The translations under genes and the position numbers were made by a program. The notes under the pieces are model-generated. The model worked only from the letters and a program-made list of their open reading frames with translations, did no database searches and had not been told where the DNA came from. Below, one piece after another: positions 38,668 to 49,100 of a DNA stretch of 64,000 nucleotides (its first letter is position 1; every line of letters begins with the position of its first letter). The stretch covers positions 6,168-70,167 of the forward strand of contig CAWBZB010000015.1 of assembly GCA_963793105.1 (NCBI GenBank), given 5' to 3'. The DNA comes from an uncultured bacterium (lineage in GTDB: Bacteria; Actinomycetota; Actinomycetes; S36-B12).

Positions 38668-39960
38668 TCAGCGCAGGTAGTTCAGGAACCACGACTGCGC
38701 GAGGCGAGCCGCTTGCGCCAGCGTCCCTGGCTCCTCGAACAGGTGGGTTGCCCCGGGCACGATCTCCAGCAGGTTCGGGCAGCGCATCTGCCGCTGGGCG
38801 TCCCGATTGAGATCGATGACCGTGAGGTCGTGGCCGCCGACGATGAGGAGCGTCGGTGCCTGCACGCGGCCCAGCCAGTCGCCGGCCAGGTCGGGGCGTC
38901 CGCCGCGGGACACCACTGCCGAGACGTCGTCGGGCTTGCGGGCGGCGGCCACCAGGGCGGCGGCAGCGCCGGTCGAGGCTCCGAAGTAGCCGATGGGCAG
39001 GGCGCCGACGTCGCGGCGCTCCTTCAGCCAGGCCGTCGCATGCGAGAGCCGGTCGGCCAGCAGCTCGATGTCGAAGACGTTGGTGCGGTTGTCCGCCTCG
39101 TCGGGGGTGAGCAGGTCGAAGAGCAGCGTGCCGAGGCCCGCGCACGTCAGCACGTTCGACACCGCCATGTTCCGCGGGCTCGTGCGGCTGCTGCCGCTGC
39201 CGTGGGCGAAGACCACGAGGCCGTGCGGCTTCTCGGGAACGGTCAGGTGCCCGGGCAGGGCCATGCGGTCGAATGAGACGCGGACGTCCTCGTCGATGGC
39301 CGACGTGCACGGGTCCGCTGCGAGGTCGCGGCGCGGATGCGCGTGCAGGATGCGCACGACCTGGTCGTCGCTGACCTGGGTGAAGTCGATGAAGTGCTGT
39401 CCGACGGCGTAGAAGGGCTCGGGGGTCTGCAGGCAGATGACGTCGTTCGCCATGGTGCCCAGCCACCGGACCGCCTGCACCGAACCGACGGGCACGGCGA
39501 GGGTCACGTGGGCGGCGCCGAGGTGCTTGACGACGCCGACGGCCGCGGCCGCAGTCGAGCCCGTCGCGAGCCCGTCGTCCACGATGATCACGTTGCGGCC
39601 GGCGATCTCGAGGCGGTCCCGCCCTCCGCGGTACGTCTCGACGCGTCGGGCGATCTCCTTGCGCTGCTGTGCGGCGATCGCGTCGACCTGTTCGGGTGTC
39701 ACGTGGACCTGTCGGCGGACCGCGTGGTCGACGATGGTGACGCCGTCCTCGCCGACGGCGCCCATGGCGAACTCGGGGTTGCCGGGGACGCCGAGCTTGC
39801 GCACGACCAGCACGTCGAGGTCGGCTCCGAGAGCCTCGGCCACTTCGACCGCTACTGGCACGCCGCCGCGCGGAAGGGCCAGGATCAGGGGTTGCGGCCG
39901 TTGGTATCCGACGAGGCGGGCGGCCAGCTGTCGCCCGGCGTCGGTGCGGTTCTGGAACAT
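38668..39960 (-). CDS. phosphoribosyltransferase domain fused to a dienelactone-hydrolase-like alpha/beta hydrolase
   Basis: ORF 38668..40116 from MFQNRTDAG. PRTase motif VIIVDDGLATGST. The C-terminal hydrolase domain has GASTGAAAAL. Confidence 0.75.
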   Translation of the reverse strand: MFQNRTDAGRQLAARLVGYQRPQPLILALPRGGVPVAVEVAEALGADLDVLVVRKLGVPGNPEFAMGAVGEDGVTIVDHAVRRQVHVTPEQVDAIAAQQRKEIARRVETYRGGRDRLEIAGRNVIIVDDGLATGSTAAAAVGVVKHLGAAHVTLAVPVGSVQAVRWLGTMANDVICLQTPEPFYAVGQHFIDFTQVSDDQVVRILHAHPRRDLAADPCTSAIDEDVRVSFDRMALPGHLTVPEKPHGLVVFAHGSGSSRTSPRNMAVSNVLTCAGLGTLLFDLLTPDEADNRTNVFDIELLADRLSHATAWLKERRDVGALPIGYFGASTGAAAALVAAARKPDDVSAVVSRGGRPDLAGDWLGRVQAPTLLIVGGHDLTVIDLNRDAQRQMRCPNLLEIVPGATHLFEEPGTLAQAARLAQSWFLNYLR

Positions 39961-40093
39961 GCTGCCCACCTCCATTGCGGGCACCCGCGCGCACTCGGCC
40001 CGCATGACCATGATGGCATCGCTCGGCTGCCGACGGAACCGCTGGGACTTTCGTCCGTGGCCGAAGCACCTTCCGAGCGAGCACAGTGGTGGT

Positions 40094-41398
40094 GTGATCG
40101 GCGTCACGCCCGTCACGGGCGAGCACAGCGACTACGACGGCCTGCTCGATCGGGTCGGTGACCGCCGCTTCGTGCTCATCGGTGAGGCATCGCACGGCAG
40201 CCACGAGTTCTACCGCGAGCGGGCCCGCATCACGCGGAGGCTGATCGACGAGAAGGGCTTCACCGCCGTCGCCGTCGAGGCCGACTGGCCGGACACCTAC
40301 CGCGTCAACCGCTGGGTGCGTGGGCAGTCGCACGACGAGGATGCGACGGCGGCCCTCTCCGACTTCCAGCGCTTCCCCGCGTGGATGTGGCGCAACATGG
40401 ACGTGGTCGCGTTTCTGCAGTGGCTCCGGGCCTTCAACGACGCGCAGGCCTTCGACGAGGCGAAGGTCGGGTTCTACGGACTTGACCTGTACAGCATGCG
40501 AGCCTCGATGGACGCGGTGATCGACTACCTCGACCGGCACGAGCCGGCGGCCGCCGACGAGGCGCGGGAGCGGTACTCCTGCTTCGACATGTTCGCCGGC
40601 GAGGGGCAGCGCTACGGCCACGCGGTGACGATGAACTACGCCGCACCGTGCGAGGAGGAGGTCGTCCAGCAGCTGGTGGACCTGCGCGACCGCCGGCAGC
40701 AGCTGCTGTCCCAGGACGGCTGGCTGGCTCAGGACGACTTCTTCTACGCGGAGCAGAATGCCCGGCTCGTGCTGAACGCCGAGCACTACTACCGGCAGAT
40801 GTACCGAGGCAACGTGTCGTCGTGGAACCTGCGCGACTCGCACATGGGGCAGACGCTGCAGGCGCTGGTCGCCCACCTCGGCGTCCGGCGGGCCCCGACG
40901 AAGGTGGTCGTCTGGGCGCACAACTCACACGTGGGCGATGCCCGGCATACCCAGATGGGCTGGCACGGCGAGCACAACATCGGGCAGCTCGTCCGCGAGG
41001 CGGTCGGCGACGACTGCGTCAACGTGGGCTTCACCACCTACGACGGCACCGTCACTGCCGCCAGCGAGTGGGGCGGCCCGGCCGAGCGCAAGCGCGTGCG
41101 CCCCGCCCTGCCGGAGAGCTACGAGGAGCTGCTGCATGGGCTGACGCCGCAGCACGGGGAGATGCTCCTGGTGGACTGCGGCACGGCCGACTGGCTGCCC
41201 GCCAACATGCTCGAACGGGCGATCGGGGTCATCTACCGCCCGGAGACCGAGCGGACGAGCCACTGGTTCCACGCCAATCTCCCGCAGCAGTTCGACGTGG
41301 TGATCCACGTCGACCGCACGCACGCACTGCACCCGCTGGAGCGGACCCCGCTGTGGGACATGGGGGAGCCCCCGGAGACGTACCCCAGCGGCCTCTAG
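40094..41398 (+). CDS. erythromycin esterase family protein
   Basis: ORF 39437..41398 from an in-frame GTG at 40094. FVLIGEASHGSHEFY and WAHNSHVGD motifs. Confidence 0.8.
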   Translation: MIGVTPVTGEHSDYDGLLDRVGDRRFVLIGEASHGSHEFYRERARITRRLIDEKGFTAVAVEADWPDTYRVNRWVRGQSHDEDATAALSDFQRFPAWMWRNMDVVAFLQWLRAFNDAQAFDEAKVGFYGLDLYSMRASMDAVIDYLDRHEPAAADEARERYSCFDMFAGEGQRYGHAVTMNYAAPCEEEVVQQLVDLRDRRQQLLSQDGWLAQDDFFYAEQNARLVLNAEHYYRQMYRGNVSSWNLRDSHMGQTLQALVAHLGVRRAPTKVVVWAHNSHVGDARHTQMGWHGEHNIGQLVREAVGDDCVNVGFTTYDGTVTAASEWGGPAERKRVRPALPESYEELLHGLTPQHGEMLLVDCGTADWLPANMLERAIGVIYRPETERTSHWFHANLPQQFDVVIHVDRTHALHPLERTPLWDMGEPPETYPSGL

Positions 41399-41399
41399 T

Positions 41400-41535
41400 C
41401 GCCGCCCCTTCGTTGTGCGAGCCCCCGAACCTTCGCTGCGTGAGCGCTCCCCCCCTCGTTGAGTGGGCGCTCCCGCACGTCCCTGCGCCCCGCGGGACGT
41501 TCGCCGCCGCCCACTCAACGGAACGAGGGGCGTCT
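41400..41535. repeat. degenerate direct repeats plus a nested inverted repeat upstream of tRNA-Pro
   Basis: Three roughly 18-nt units (CTTCGTTGTGCGAGC / CTTCGCTGCGTGAGCGC / CTCGTTGAGTGGGCGC). CCCCTCGTTGAGTGGGCG pairs with CGCCCACTCAACGGAACGAGGGG and encloses the inner hairpin ACGTCCC..GGGACGT. Confidence 0.7.
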
Positions 41536-41645
41536 CGTGTGCCCGTGTTCGGCCGGCGGCCCGCACACCCTAGACTCTCCTAGGCCTGATGGCCGAGCGC
41601 GAGGAGTGAGCGAAGCGAGCCCCGCAGCGATCGGCCCGATTCACT

Positions 41646-41721
41646 CGGGGCGTAGCGTAGTGGCTAGCGCGCCTGCTTTGGGAGCAGGAGATCGGGAGTT
41701 CGAGTCTCCCCGCCCCGACCA
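41646..41721 (+). tRNA. tRNA-Pro (anticodon UGG), CCA encoded
   Basis: Cloverleaf: acceptor CGGGGCG/CGCCCCG, D-arm GCGT..GCGC, anticodon loop TTTGGGA, T-loop TTCGAGT, 3-prime ACCA. Confidence 0.9.
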
Positions 41722-41771
41722 CTCAGGGAAGCTGCCCTGGCGTGACACGACTACCTGGAGAGTGACCTGCC

Positions 41772-43178
41772 GTGAAGAGTGCCGTCGAGACCCTGTCCCC
41801 GACCCGCGTGAAGCTGACGGTCGAGGTGCCCTTCGACGAGCTGAAGCCCAGCATGGACGCCGCCTACGGCCGGATCGCCCAGAGCGTGAACGTGCCCGGG
41901 TTCCGCAAGGGCAAGGTGCCAGCCAGGGTGATCGAGCAGCGGTTCGGCCGCGGCGCGGTCCTCGAGGAGGCCGTCAACGACGCGCTGCCGAAGGCGTACG
42001 ACGAGGCGCTGCGTGAGAACAGCATCGTGCCCGTGGGTCGCCCCGAGCTCGACGTGACGGAGCTGCAGGACGGCGAGGCACTGACCTTCACCGCCGAGGT
42101 CGAGGTGCGGCCGGAGTTCGAGCTCCCCGACTACTCGTCCCTCACGGTCGCGGTGGCCAACGCGGTGCCGGACGAGGCGGACGTCGACGAGCAGCTCGAC
42201 GGACTGCGCGGGCGATTCGCCAACCTCAAGGAGGTCGAGCGCCCGGCGGCGGACGGCGACGTCCTGCTGGTCGACATCGCGGGCGCCACGGCCGAGGGCG
42301 ACGCGGTCGAGGACCTGGTCGGCAACGCGATGTCCTACGAGCTCGGAACCGACGGGATGCTGCCCGGGTTCGACGACGCGGTGCGCGGCGCGGTGAAGGA
42401 CGAGGTGCGCACCTTCGAGTTCGTGCCCGAGAACGGCGACTGGGCGGGCGTCACGCTGGTGGTCACTGCGACCGTGAAGGCCGTGCGCGAGCGTGAGCTG
42501 CCGGCCCTGGACGACGACTTCGCCCAGCTGGCGAGCGAGTTCGACACCGTCGAGGAGCTGCGCAACGACATCCGCGAGCGCCTGACGCAGGGCAAGCGGC
42601 TCGAGCAGGGCGCCGAGGCGCGCAACAACGTCCTGCAGGTGCTGCTCGACTCGATCGACATCCCGCTGCCCGAGGGTGTCATCGCGGCGGAGGTGGAGGA
42701 GCACTTCACCGACGGCCACGACAGCGGCGAGGAGCATCGCGCGGAGGTCGAGCAGCAGGCCCGTGAGTCGCTCAAGAGCCAGTTCGTGCTCGACAAGATC
42801 GCCGAGAAGGAGGAGGTCGCGGTCGGCGAGACCGAGCTCTCCGCCTGGCTGATCCAGCAGGCCCCCCGCTACGGGATGAGCCCCGACGCGTTCGCGAAGG
42901 CGCTCGTCGAGGCCGGCCAGGTGCAGATGGCGATCCAGGACATCCGTCGAGCCAAGGCGCTGGCCGTGGTGCTCGAGTCGGCCACGGTGGTCGACGCCGA
43001 CGGCAACCCGGTGGACCTGAAGGCCCTGGACGAGGAGATGAACCGCCTCCAGGCCATGCAGATGATGCAGGGGATGACCGACGTCGAGGTCGACGAGGAG
43101 GTCGACGTCTACACCGATGAGGACGGCAACGTCGTCGAGGTAGACGTGACCGAGGAGATCATCGAGACGCGGGCCTGA
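41772..43178 (+). CDS. tig: trigger factor
   Basis: ORF 41772..43178. N-terminal ribosome-binding domain (GFRKGKVP), a PPIase-like middle domain and an acidic C-terminus. Confidence 0.95.
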   Translation: MKSAVETLSPTRVKLTVEVPFDELKPSMDAAYGRIAQSVNVPGFRKGKVPARVIEQRFGRGAVLEEAVNDALPKAYDEALRENSIVPVGRPELDVTELQDGEALTFTAEVEVRPEFELPDYSSLTVAVANAVPDEADVDEQLDGLRGRFANLKEVERPAADGDVLLVDIAGATAEGDAVEDLVGNAMSYELGTDGMLPGFDDAVRGAVKDEVRTFEFVPENGDWAGVTLVVTATVKAVRERELPALDDDFAQLASEFDTVEELRNDIRERLTQGKRLEQGAEARNNVLQVLLDSIDIPLPEGVIAAEVEEHFTDGHDSGEEHRAEVEQQARESLKSQFVLDKIAEKEEVAVGETELSAWLIQQAPRYGMSPDAFAKALVEAGQVQMAIQDIRRAKALAVVLESATVVDADGNPVDLKALDEEMNRLQAMQMMQGMTDVEVDEEVDVYTDEDGNVVEVDVTEEIIETRA

Positions 43179-43209
43179 TCCTGCGTCAACGGAGGGGTTG
43201 ACGGGTCTA

Positions 43210-43234
43210 CCCTCGAGGTGTCAGCACTCGAGGG
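43210..43234 (+). terminator. possible tig terminator hairpin
   Basis: CCCTCGAG-N9-CTCGAGGG, 32 nt after the tig stop. No T-tract. The right arm overlaps the SD of the next small ORF. Confidence 0.35.
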
Positions 43235-43241
43235 AGGCGTC

Positions 43242-43430
43242 ATGGCGGGCAACAACAACGCGGCGGCCGGCGGTGCCGGTGCCGTCTACGGGCTCGGGTT
43301 CCTGGGGGCCCTGGTCTGGAACTGGCAGCAGGCCGACACCTTCTGGGGCTATCCCTGGGGCGTCATCGAGTCCTTCTTCTGGCCCGGGTTCCTGGTCTAC
43401 GAGCTGTTCAAGGTGTCGGCCGGCGTCTGA
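43242..43430 (+). CDS. small membrane protein (62 aa), function unknown
   Basis: ORF 43218..43430 from the ATG preceded by GGAGG. Very high GC3 and two hydrophobic segments. Confidence 0.55.
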   Translation: MAGNNNAAAGGAGAVYGLGFLGALVWNWQQADTFWGYPWGVIESFFWPGFLVYELFKVSAGV

Positions 43431-43530
43431 CGGCTTCCGCCCCTGCAGAGTCCAGAATGGGGCCGTGACGCGAAGAGCCCTGGGCCGCACGTCTTACCGA
43501 CGAGGCGATCTCCCAGACGCTCGGCACCTG

Positions 43531-44535
43531 ATGGTGACGTCGGCCGCGAACGCAGCAGCACCCCGCAGGCCGCGAGTGACCGTGGTCGTGGCCACCTACA
43601 ACCGCTCCAACGTTCTGCGTTACGCACTCGACAGCCTGGTCGCTCAGAGTCACTCTGACTGGGAGGCGGTGATCGTCGGTGACCGGTGCACCGACGACAG
43701 CGAGGCCGTCGTGGCCTCCTTCGGGGACGCGCGGATGACGTGGGTGAACCTGCCCCGCAATCTGGGTGAGCAGTCCGGGCCCAACAGCGTCGGGGCCCGG
43801 ATGTCCCGCGGATCCTTCATCGCGTGGCTCAACCACGACGACATGTGGTCCCCTGTGCATCTCGAACACCTGCTCGAGGTCGCGCAGCGTCATGAGGCGG
43901 ACTTCGTGGTCAGTGCATGGCTGGCCGTCGGACCGCACTCCCGGCAGGATCTCGACGCGGGAAGGCTGACAGCGGAAGTCTGGAACGCCACCCCACGTGA
44001 TCGTCTCGATCCAAGGGGTGTCTACCCCGCGTCGACCTGGTTGGTCGACGCCCGGCTGGTACGCCGGATCGGAGACTGGCGACCCGCAAGCACGCTGAGA
44101 GCGGCGCCATCTCAGGACTTCGTCTACCGCTGCTGGGCGAGCGGGGCGCGAATGCGATTGACCGGAAGGCCCAGCGTCGTCGCGATTCAGTCCGGCAGGT
44201 TCGAGGGCGCCTACGCGACGCGACGGGCGAGCGAGCACGAGGCGTTCGCTCCACTCGTGGCGTCGAACAGCCCCGAAGGCCTGATGTCGGAACTCCACGC
44301 CACTGTGCCGCCTCCGCCCGACCTGGATGAGCCTCCATGGCGGCACGCTGGCGCGGTTCAGACCTACGCGTGGCGACAGGCCTACTCAGCATTCTCGCGC
44401 TCGGCCGTGCCGATGGCGGCGCGGCTCGGATGGGGTCCGAACGAACTCAAGGCGTGGGCCAAAGGACGTTCGGCGGGCGCCTTCATGGCCGAGTTACACG
44501 CACAACGGGGCATCGAGCGCAGAGGTTCTGGGTAG
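43531..44535 (+). CDS. glycosyltransferase family 2
   Basis: ORF 43198..44535 from ATG 43531. VVVATYNRS, VGDRCTDDS and WLNHDDMW motifs. Confidence 0.75.
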   Translation: MVTSAANAAAPRRPRVTVVVATYNRSNVLRYALDSLVAQSHSDWEAVIVGDRCTDDSEAVVASFGDARMTWVNLPRNLGEQSGPNSVGARMSRGSFIAWLNHDDMWSPVHLEHLLEVAQRHEADFVVSAWLAVGPHSRQDLDAGRLTAEVWNATPRDRLDPRGVYPASTWLVDARLVRRIGDWRPASTLRAAPSQDFVYRCWASGARMRLTGRPSVVAIQSGRFEGAYATRRASEHEAFAPLVASNSPEGLMSELHATVPPPPDLDEPPWRHAGAVQTYAWRQAYSAFSRSAVPMAARLGWGPNELKAWAKGRSAGAFMAELHAQRGIERRGSG

Positions 44536-44544
44536 GTTGGGGGT

Positions 44545-45081
44545 GTGGCAGATGACGGCTGGCTTCTGGACGGTGTGCAGGACGACGTGTCCATCACGGC
44601 CGATTGGCAGCCGGTCGCGGCACAGGCCATCGATGGCGTGCAGATCCAGGAAGTGCGGAACGTCCCCACCGGCTATGGGCACCTGACCGAGTTCTTCCGC
44701 GCGGACTGGGGCTTCGTCCCGTCTGAGGTGGGGCAGGTCTTCCAGTCGGTCCTGCTGCCCGGCCGATTGTCAGCGTGGCACGCGCATGGCGAGACCACCG
44801 ATCGGCTGTTCGTCGCTTCGGGGGCGTTGCTGGTGGCGTTGTACGACGCCCGCGAGGCCTCGCCCACGCGCGGTCAGCTGCAGGTGGTCCGAAGCTCGAT
44901 CCTGCGACCGCAACTGGTCGTGGTGCCGCCGCGCGTGTGGCACGGGGTCAAGAACGTCGGCAACGAAGCCGCGACCTTGGTCAACATGGTGGACCTTGCG
45001 TACCGCTACGAGGGCCCGGACCACTATCGGCTCCCCCCTGATGCATCCAGCATCCCGTTCGACATCGTGGCCGCCCTGTAG
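44545..45081 (+). CDS. RmlC-like cupin (dTDP-4-dehydrorhamnose 3,5-epimerase family)
   Basis: ORF 44545..45081. Cupin beta-barrel with WHAH and PPRVWHGVKN motifs. Confidence 0.65.
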   Translation: MADDGWLLDGVQDDVSITADWQPVAAQAIDGVQIQEVRNVPTGYGHLTEFFRADWGFVPSEVGQVFQSVLLPGRLSAWHAHGETTDRLFVASGALLVALYDAREASPTRGQLQVVRSSILRPQLVVVPPRVWHGVKNVGNEAATLVNMVDLAYRYEGPDHYRLPPDASSIPFDIVAAL

Positions 45082-45110
45082 TCACCCTCGAGTACGACGT
45101 CGGCATTCGG

Positions 45111-45133
45111 CCCACGGCGAACTCCGCCGTGGG
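45111..45133 (+). terminator. possible terminator hairpin between the cupin gene and clpP1
   Basis: CCCACGGCG-AACTC-CGCCGTGGG, a 9-bp perfect stem. No T-tract. Confidence 0.4.
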
Positions 45134-45206
45134 TGGGGAAGCCGCATGGTGGCCGCCGCGTTAGGGTCAGACAACAGTCACCGAACGGCGACGGCAACAG
45201 GAGGCT

Positions 45207-45848
45207 TTGGTGGGCGACATCTACGTGCCCGACTCTCGCGGTGCGGGCGGCGGCATGACCGGCTTCGGCGACATGCTCGACGAGCGGCTGCTCCGCGAGC
45301 GGATCATCTGGCTCGAGGGCGAGGTGCGGGACGAGAACTCCAACCGCATCGCCAAGCAGCTCCAGGTGCTGGCCGCCGAGGATCCCGAGCGCGACATCAC
45401 CCTCTACATCAACTCGCCCGGCGGCTCGATCAGCGCTGGCATGGTCGTGTACGACACGATGCAGCTGATCCCCAACGACATCACGACGGTGGCGATGGGC
45501 CTGGCCGCCAGCATGGGCCAGTTCCTCCTGTGCGCCGGGGCTGCGGGCAAGCGATACGCCACCCCGAACACGCGCGTGATGATGCACCAGCCGTCAGGCG
45601 GGCTGGGCGGCACGGCGTCGGACATCAAGATCCAGGCCGAGCAGATGCTGTTCATCAAGAAGCGCATGGCCGTGCTCATCGCCGAGCACACCGGCCAGAC
45701 GCTCGAGCAGATCGAGAAGGACTCCGACCGCGACCGCTGGTTCGACGCGGAGGCCGCACGCGAGTACGGAATCATCGACCACGTCTACAGCACGGCCGCT
45801 GACTCGCCCGAGGCGAAGGCCACCAAGGGCAAGGGAGACTCCAAGTGA
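45207..45848 (+). CDS. clpP1: ATP-dependent Clp protease proteolytic subunit
   Basis: ORF 45207..45848 with GTG after AGGAGG. INSPGGS, catalytic Ser in GLAASMG, His in MMHQP. Confidence 0.9.
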   Translation: MVGDIYVPDSRGAGGGMTGFGDMLDERLLRERIIWLEGEVRDENSNRIAKQLQVLAAEDPERDITLYINSPGGSISAGMVVYDTMQLIPNDITTVAMGLAASMGQFLLCAGAAGKRYATPNTRVMMHQPSGGLGGTASDIKIQAEQMLFIKKRMAVLIAEHTGQTLEQIEKDSDRDRWFDAEAAREYGIIDHVYSTAADSPEAKATKGKGDSK

Positions 45849-46471
45849 GCGCCAGCGCGAGCAACCTGACCGGCCCCACGGGCCGCTACATCCTGCCGGA
45901 GTTCCGGGAGCGCAGCGCCAATGGCGAGCGCATCCACAACCCGTACACCAAGCTGTTCGAGGAGCGCATCATCTTCCTCGGCGTGCAGATCGACGATGCC
46001 AGCGCGGACGACGTCATGGCCCAGCTGCTCACGCTGGAGTCCCTCGACCCCGATCGCGACATCCAGATCTACATCAACTCGCCCGGTGGCTCGTACACGG
46101 CGATGACGGCGATCTACGACACGATGCAGTTCGTCAAGCCGCAGGTGCAGACGGTGTGCCTGGGCCAGGCAGCGAGCGCCGCGGCGGTCCTGCTCGGTGC
46201 CGGCAGCCCGGGCAAGCGTTTCGCCCTGCCGCACGCGCGGATCCTCATCCACCAGCCCTACACCGAGGGCGGCGGCCAGGGGTCGGACATCGAGATCCAG
46301 GCGAACGAGATCATCCGGATGCGCACCGAGATGGAGGGCATCATCGCCAAGCACACCGGCCGGAGCCCCGAGCAGGTGGCGGAGGACATCGAGCGCGACA
46401 AGATCCTCACGGCGGCAGATGCCAAGGAGTACGGCCTCATCGACGCGGTCATCTCCAGCCGCAAGGCCTGA
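45845..46471 (+). CDS. clpP2: ATP-dependent Clp protease proteolytic subunit
   Basis: ORF 45845..46471. GTGA overlap with clpP1. INSPGGS, GQAASAA and LIHQP motifs. Confidence 0.9.
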   Translation: MSASASNLTGPTGRYILPEFRERSANGERIHNPYTKLFEERIIFLGVQIDDASADDVMAQLLTLESLDPDRDIQIYINSPGGSYTAMTAIYDTMQFVKPQVQTVCLGQAASAAAVLLGAGSPGKRFALPHARILIHQPYTEGGGQGSDIEIQANEIIRMRTEMEGIIAKHTGRSPEQVAEDIERDKILTAADAKEYGLIDAVISSRKA

Positions 46472-46482
46472 GAACCAGCAGC

Positions 46483-48321
46483 ATGCGATCAGGGACGGTC
46501 CCGCTGGGGCCGTCCCTTCGCGCATCCCTGGACCTGATCGGCCAGCGCGCCCGGCGCCGGTACATCGTGGTCGTCATGGCCCAGATGGCCACCTCCCTGC
46601 TGGATCTGGCCGGCGTCCTGCTCATCGGCATGACCGTGGTATTCGCCTACTCGGTTCCGGCGGGCGTTGAGGTCCCGGCGACCGTCCAGACCGCGATCGA
46701 CACCCTCGGCCTCGAGGATGTTCCGCTGACGACCCTGGCCGTGGCCTGTGGCCTGATCGCCGCGGCGCTCCTGCTCACCAAGAGCGCTGTGAGCGCGATC
46801 ATGCTCCAGCGCATCTTCCGCTTCCTGGCCCGGCGTCAGGCCCAGGTGGCTTCGCAGCTGAGCCGCGGGTGGTTCGGCGCTGACGTGCGCGCCGTCCATT
46901 CGCGGACGGACATCGAGATCGAGCAGGCGGTGACGACTTCCGCGTACTTCGCGACCACGGGGCTGCTCGGCTCGCTGGCCGTCGTCGCGACCGAGCTCTC
47001 GCTTCTGGTCGTGCTGTCCGTGGCCCTGGTGTTCGTCGACCCGGTCGCCACGCTGCTGGCGGCGGCGTGCTTCGTCGTGGTGTCTGTCGTGGTGCACCGC
47101 GCGCTCAGTGGGTGGGCAGGACGGCTCGGCCGTGAGCTCACGGAGCGCAGCGTGGCGGGCCGGGCCGATGTCCGGCAGGCCATGGACTCCTTCCGTGAGC
47201 TTCGCACGGCCCGCCGGCTGGGCTACCCGCTCGAACGCTTCGAAGGCAACGTCGAGCGAATCTCGTCGAACAACGCCAACCTGCTCTTCATCAACAACGT
47301 GCCGAAGATCGCCTACGAGGCGGCGCTGGTCGTCGGCGCGCTCCTGCTCGTCGGCTGGCGGGTCGTGACGGGTGACGTGGCGGAAGCCCTGGCCTTCCTC
47401 GCGGTGTTCCTGACTGCGGCCGCGCGCCTGCTGCCGTCCATGGTCCGACTGCAGGGGCAGCTGGTGAGCATGCGGGCCGCCGCCGGCCAGGCGAGGCTCA
47501 CCTTCGAGTTGGCTGATGAGGAGCGCGAGCGCGGCGCGCCGCCGAGTCTGGACGACCTGGGCCGGCGACTCCCACTGTCCGGAGATGAGACCGCTGACTT
47601 CGACCCGACTGTCGAGGTCACGGACGTCACCGTGACGTACCGGGGCAACGTTGAGCCGACGCTGCAGAACGTGACGCTGAGAATCGCGGCGGGGGAGTCC
47701 CTGGTCCTGGTGGGTCCGACAGGGGTGGGGAAGTCGACTCTGGTCGACGTGATCCTGGGGGCCACGGAGCCGGAGAGCGGCAGCGTCCGCATCGGCGGGC
47801 TCGACCCCCGCGAGTGCCAGGAGCGCTGGCCCGGCGCGATCGCGTACATGCCGCAGGACTGCCCGATCTGGAGCGGCACGGTTCGGGACAACGTGGCCTT
47901 GGGGATTCCTGCCGACCAGATCGACGAAGATGCGGCGTGGCGTGCCCTCGAGCAGGCGCACCTGGCCTCGGACGTCCGGGAGCGTGGCGGTATCGACGCG
48001 CAGGTCGGGCAGGCCGGTCGGCAGTTGAGCGGTGGGCAGCGGCAGCGCCTGGGCATCGCCCGGGCCCTGTACTCCCAGCCGCGGCTGCTGGTCCTCGACG
48101 AAGCGACCAGTGCCCTAGACGAGGAGACGGAGGCGCTCATCGGCGGCGTGATCGAGGAGCTGCGCGGAACCGTCACCGTGATCGCCGTCGCGCACCGGCG
48201 GTCCACCATCGAGCGGGCCACGCGGATCGACGTGGTCGCCGATGCCGGCATCGCCTTCCTCGGCTCGCGGAGTACTCGTCTTCAGCCAGCAGGAGGGACG
48301 GCTCTCGCCCCACTACCGTGA
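46483..48321 (+). CDS. ABC exporter, fused permease/ATP-binding protein
   Basis: ORF 46156..48321 from ATG 46483. Six-TM domain. Walker A GPTGVGKST, signature LSGGQRQR, Walker B LLVLDEATSALD. Confidence 0.85.
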   Translation: MRSGTVPLGPSLRASLDLIGQRARRRYIVVVMAQMATSLLDLAGVLLIGMTVVFAYSVPAGVEVPATVQTAIDTLGLEDVPLTTLAVACGLIAAALLLTKSAVSAIMLQRIFRFLARRQAQVASQLSRGWFGADVRAVHSRTDIEIEQAVTTSAYFATTGLLGSLAVVATELSLLVVLSVALVFVDPVATLLAAACFVVVSVVVHRALSGWAGRLGRELTERSVAGRADVRQAMDSFRELRTARRLGYPLERFEGNVERISSNNANLLFINNVPKIAYEAALVVGALLLVGWRVVTGDVAEALAFLAVFLTAAARLLPSMVRLQGQLVSMRAAAGQARLTFELADEERERGAPPSLDDLGRRLPLSGDETADFDPTVEVTDVTVTYRGNVEPTLQNVTLRIAAGESLVLVGPTGVGKSTLVDVILGATEPESGSVRIGGLDPRECQERWPGAIAYMPQDCPIWSGTVRDNVALGIPADQIDEDAAWRALEQAHLASDVRERGGIDAQVGQAGRQLSGGQRQRLGIARALYSQPRLLVLDEATSALDEETEALIGGVIEELRGTVTVIAVAHRRSTIERATRIDVVADAGIAFLGSRSTRLQPAGGTALAPLP

Positions 48322-48357
48322 CTGGCGCAGGGCTGCCTCGATGCCGGCGCGCTGGTC

Positions 48358-49100
48358 GTGGAGAAGAACGTCTTCGCCCTCCCGTCGGCCTATCGGCCCG
48401 TGCATCCGCGATATGTGCATGCGCTGATGTCGGTTGACGGTGCGCATCGCCTTGCCTGGCGTTCGGGGCTGGCCGGCTGTCGGCCGCCAGCGGAGTACCT
48501 GCTTCTCCCGAACCCGCTGCTCGCGTCGTCATCGGAGATGTGGGAGCGCCGACATCGGGATTCGAATCGATTGAGGTTCCTGCGCGCGGGGCGCCCGGAC
48601 GCCGTCAAGTGGAGCGATTGGGAGCAGCGTCTGGCCCAGGCGATCGCCCGGTCTCGGCCGGGGCTGTCGATCGAACTGACCTTGGTGGGGCTCCCAGACG
48701 AGTGCCGGCTGGACACGCTGTCCCTGCCCCCCAACCTCAGTGTGACGATCCGGCGATGCTGAGCATGGAGCAACTCCGGCAGGCGTATCTCGAATCCGAT
48801 GTCTACGTGCACTTCAGTCGCATTGGAGAGACCTTCGGGAACACGATCGCGGAGGCGCAGGCGGCCGGATGCGTGTGCGTGGTTGCCCTGGATCCGGCCT
48901 GGGACTGCGCCCCACTTGAGTTCCTGGCCGTCGGTCGCTCGCTTGCTGCGAGTCCTGCGACGCTGCTCAGGAGAGTCGACGAACTCGTGGACGGGATCGA
49001 GCGCGCGGGACGGTTCGGTCCAGAAGTCGTTCCCCCTCTGATGAGCGTCGATGCCTACCTTGACCAGTTGCTGGGCCTGGCTGACGGGTTGACTCGCCGG
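48358..49100 (+). pseudogene. glycosyltransferase (GT4-like C-terminal domain) remnant in two frames; 3-prime end approximate
   Basis: ORF 48358..48762 (...LTLVGLPDE..LPPNLSVTI) continues in ORF 48540..49415 from 48756 (MLSMEQLRQAYLESDVYVHFSRIGETFGNTIAEAQAAG). The N-terminal GT-B domain is largely missing. Confidence 0.5.
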
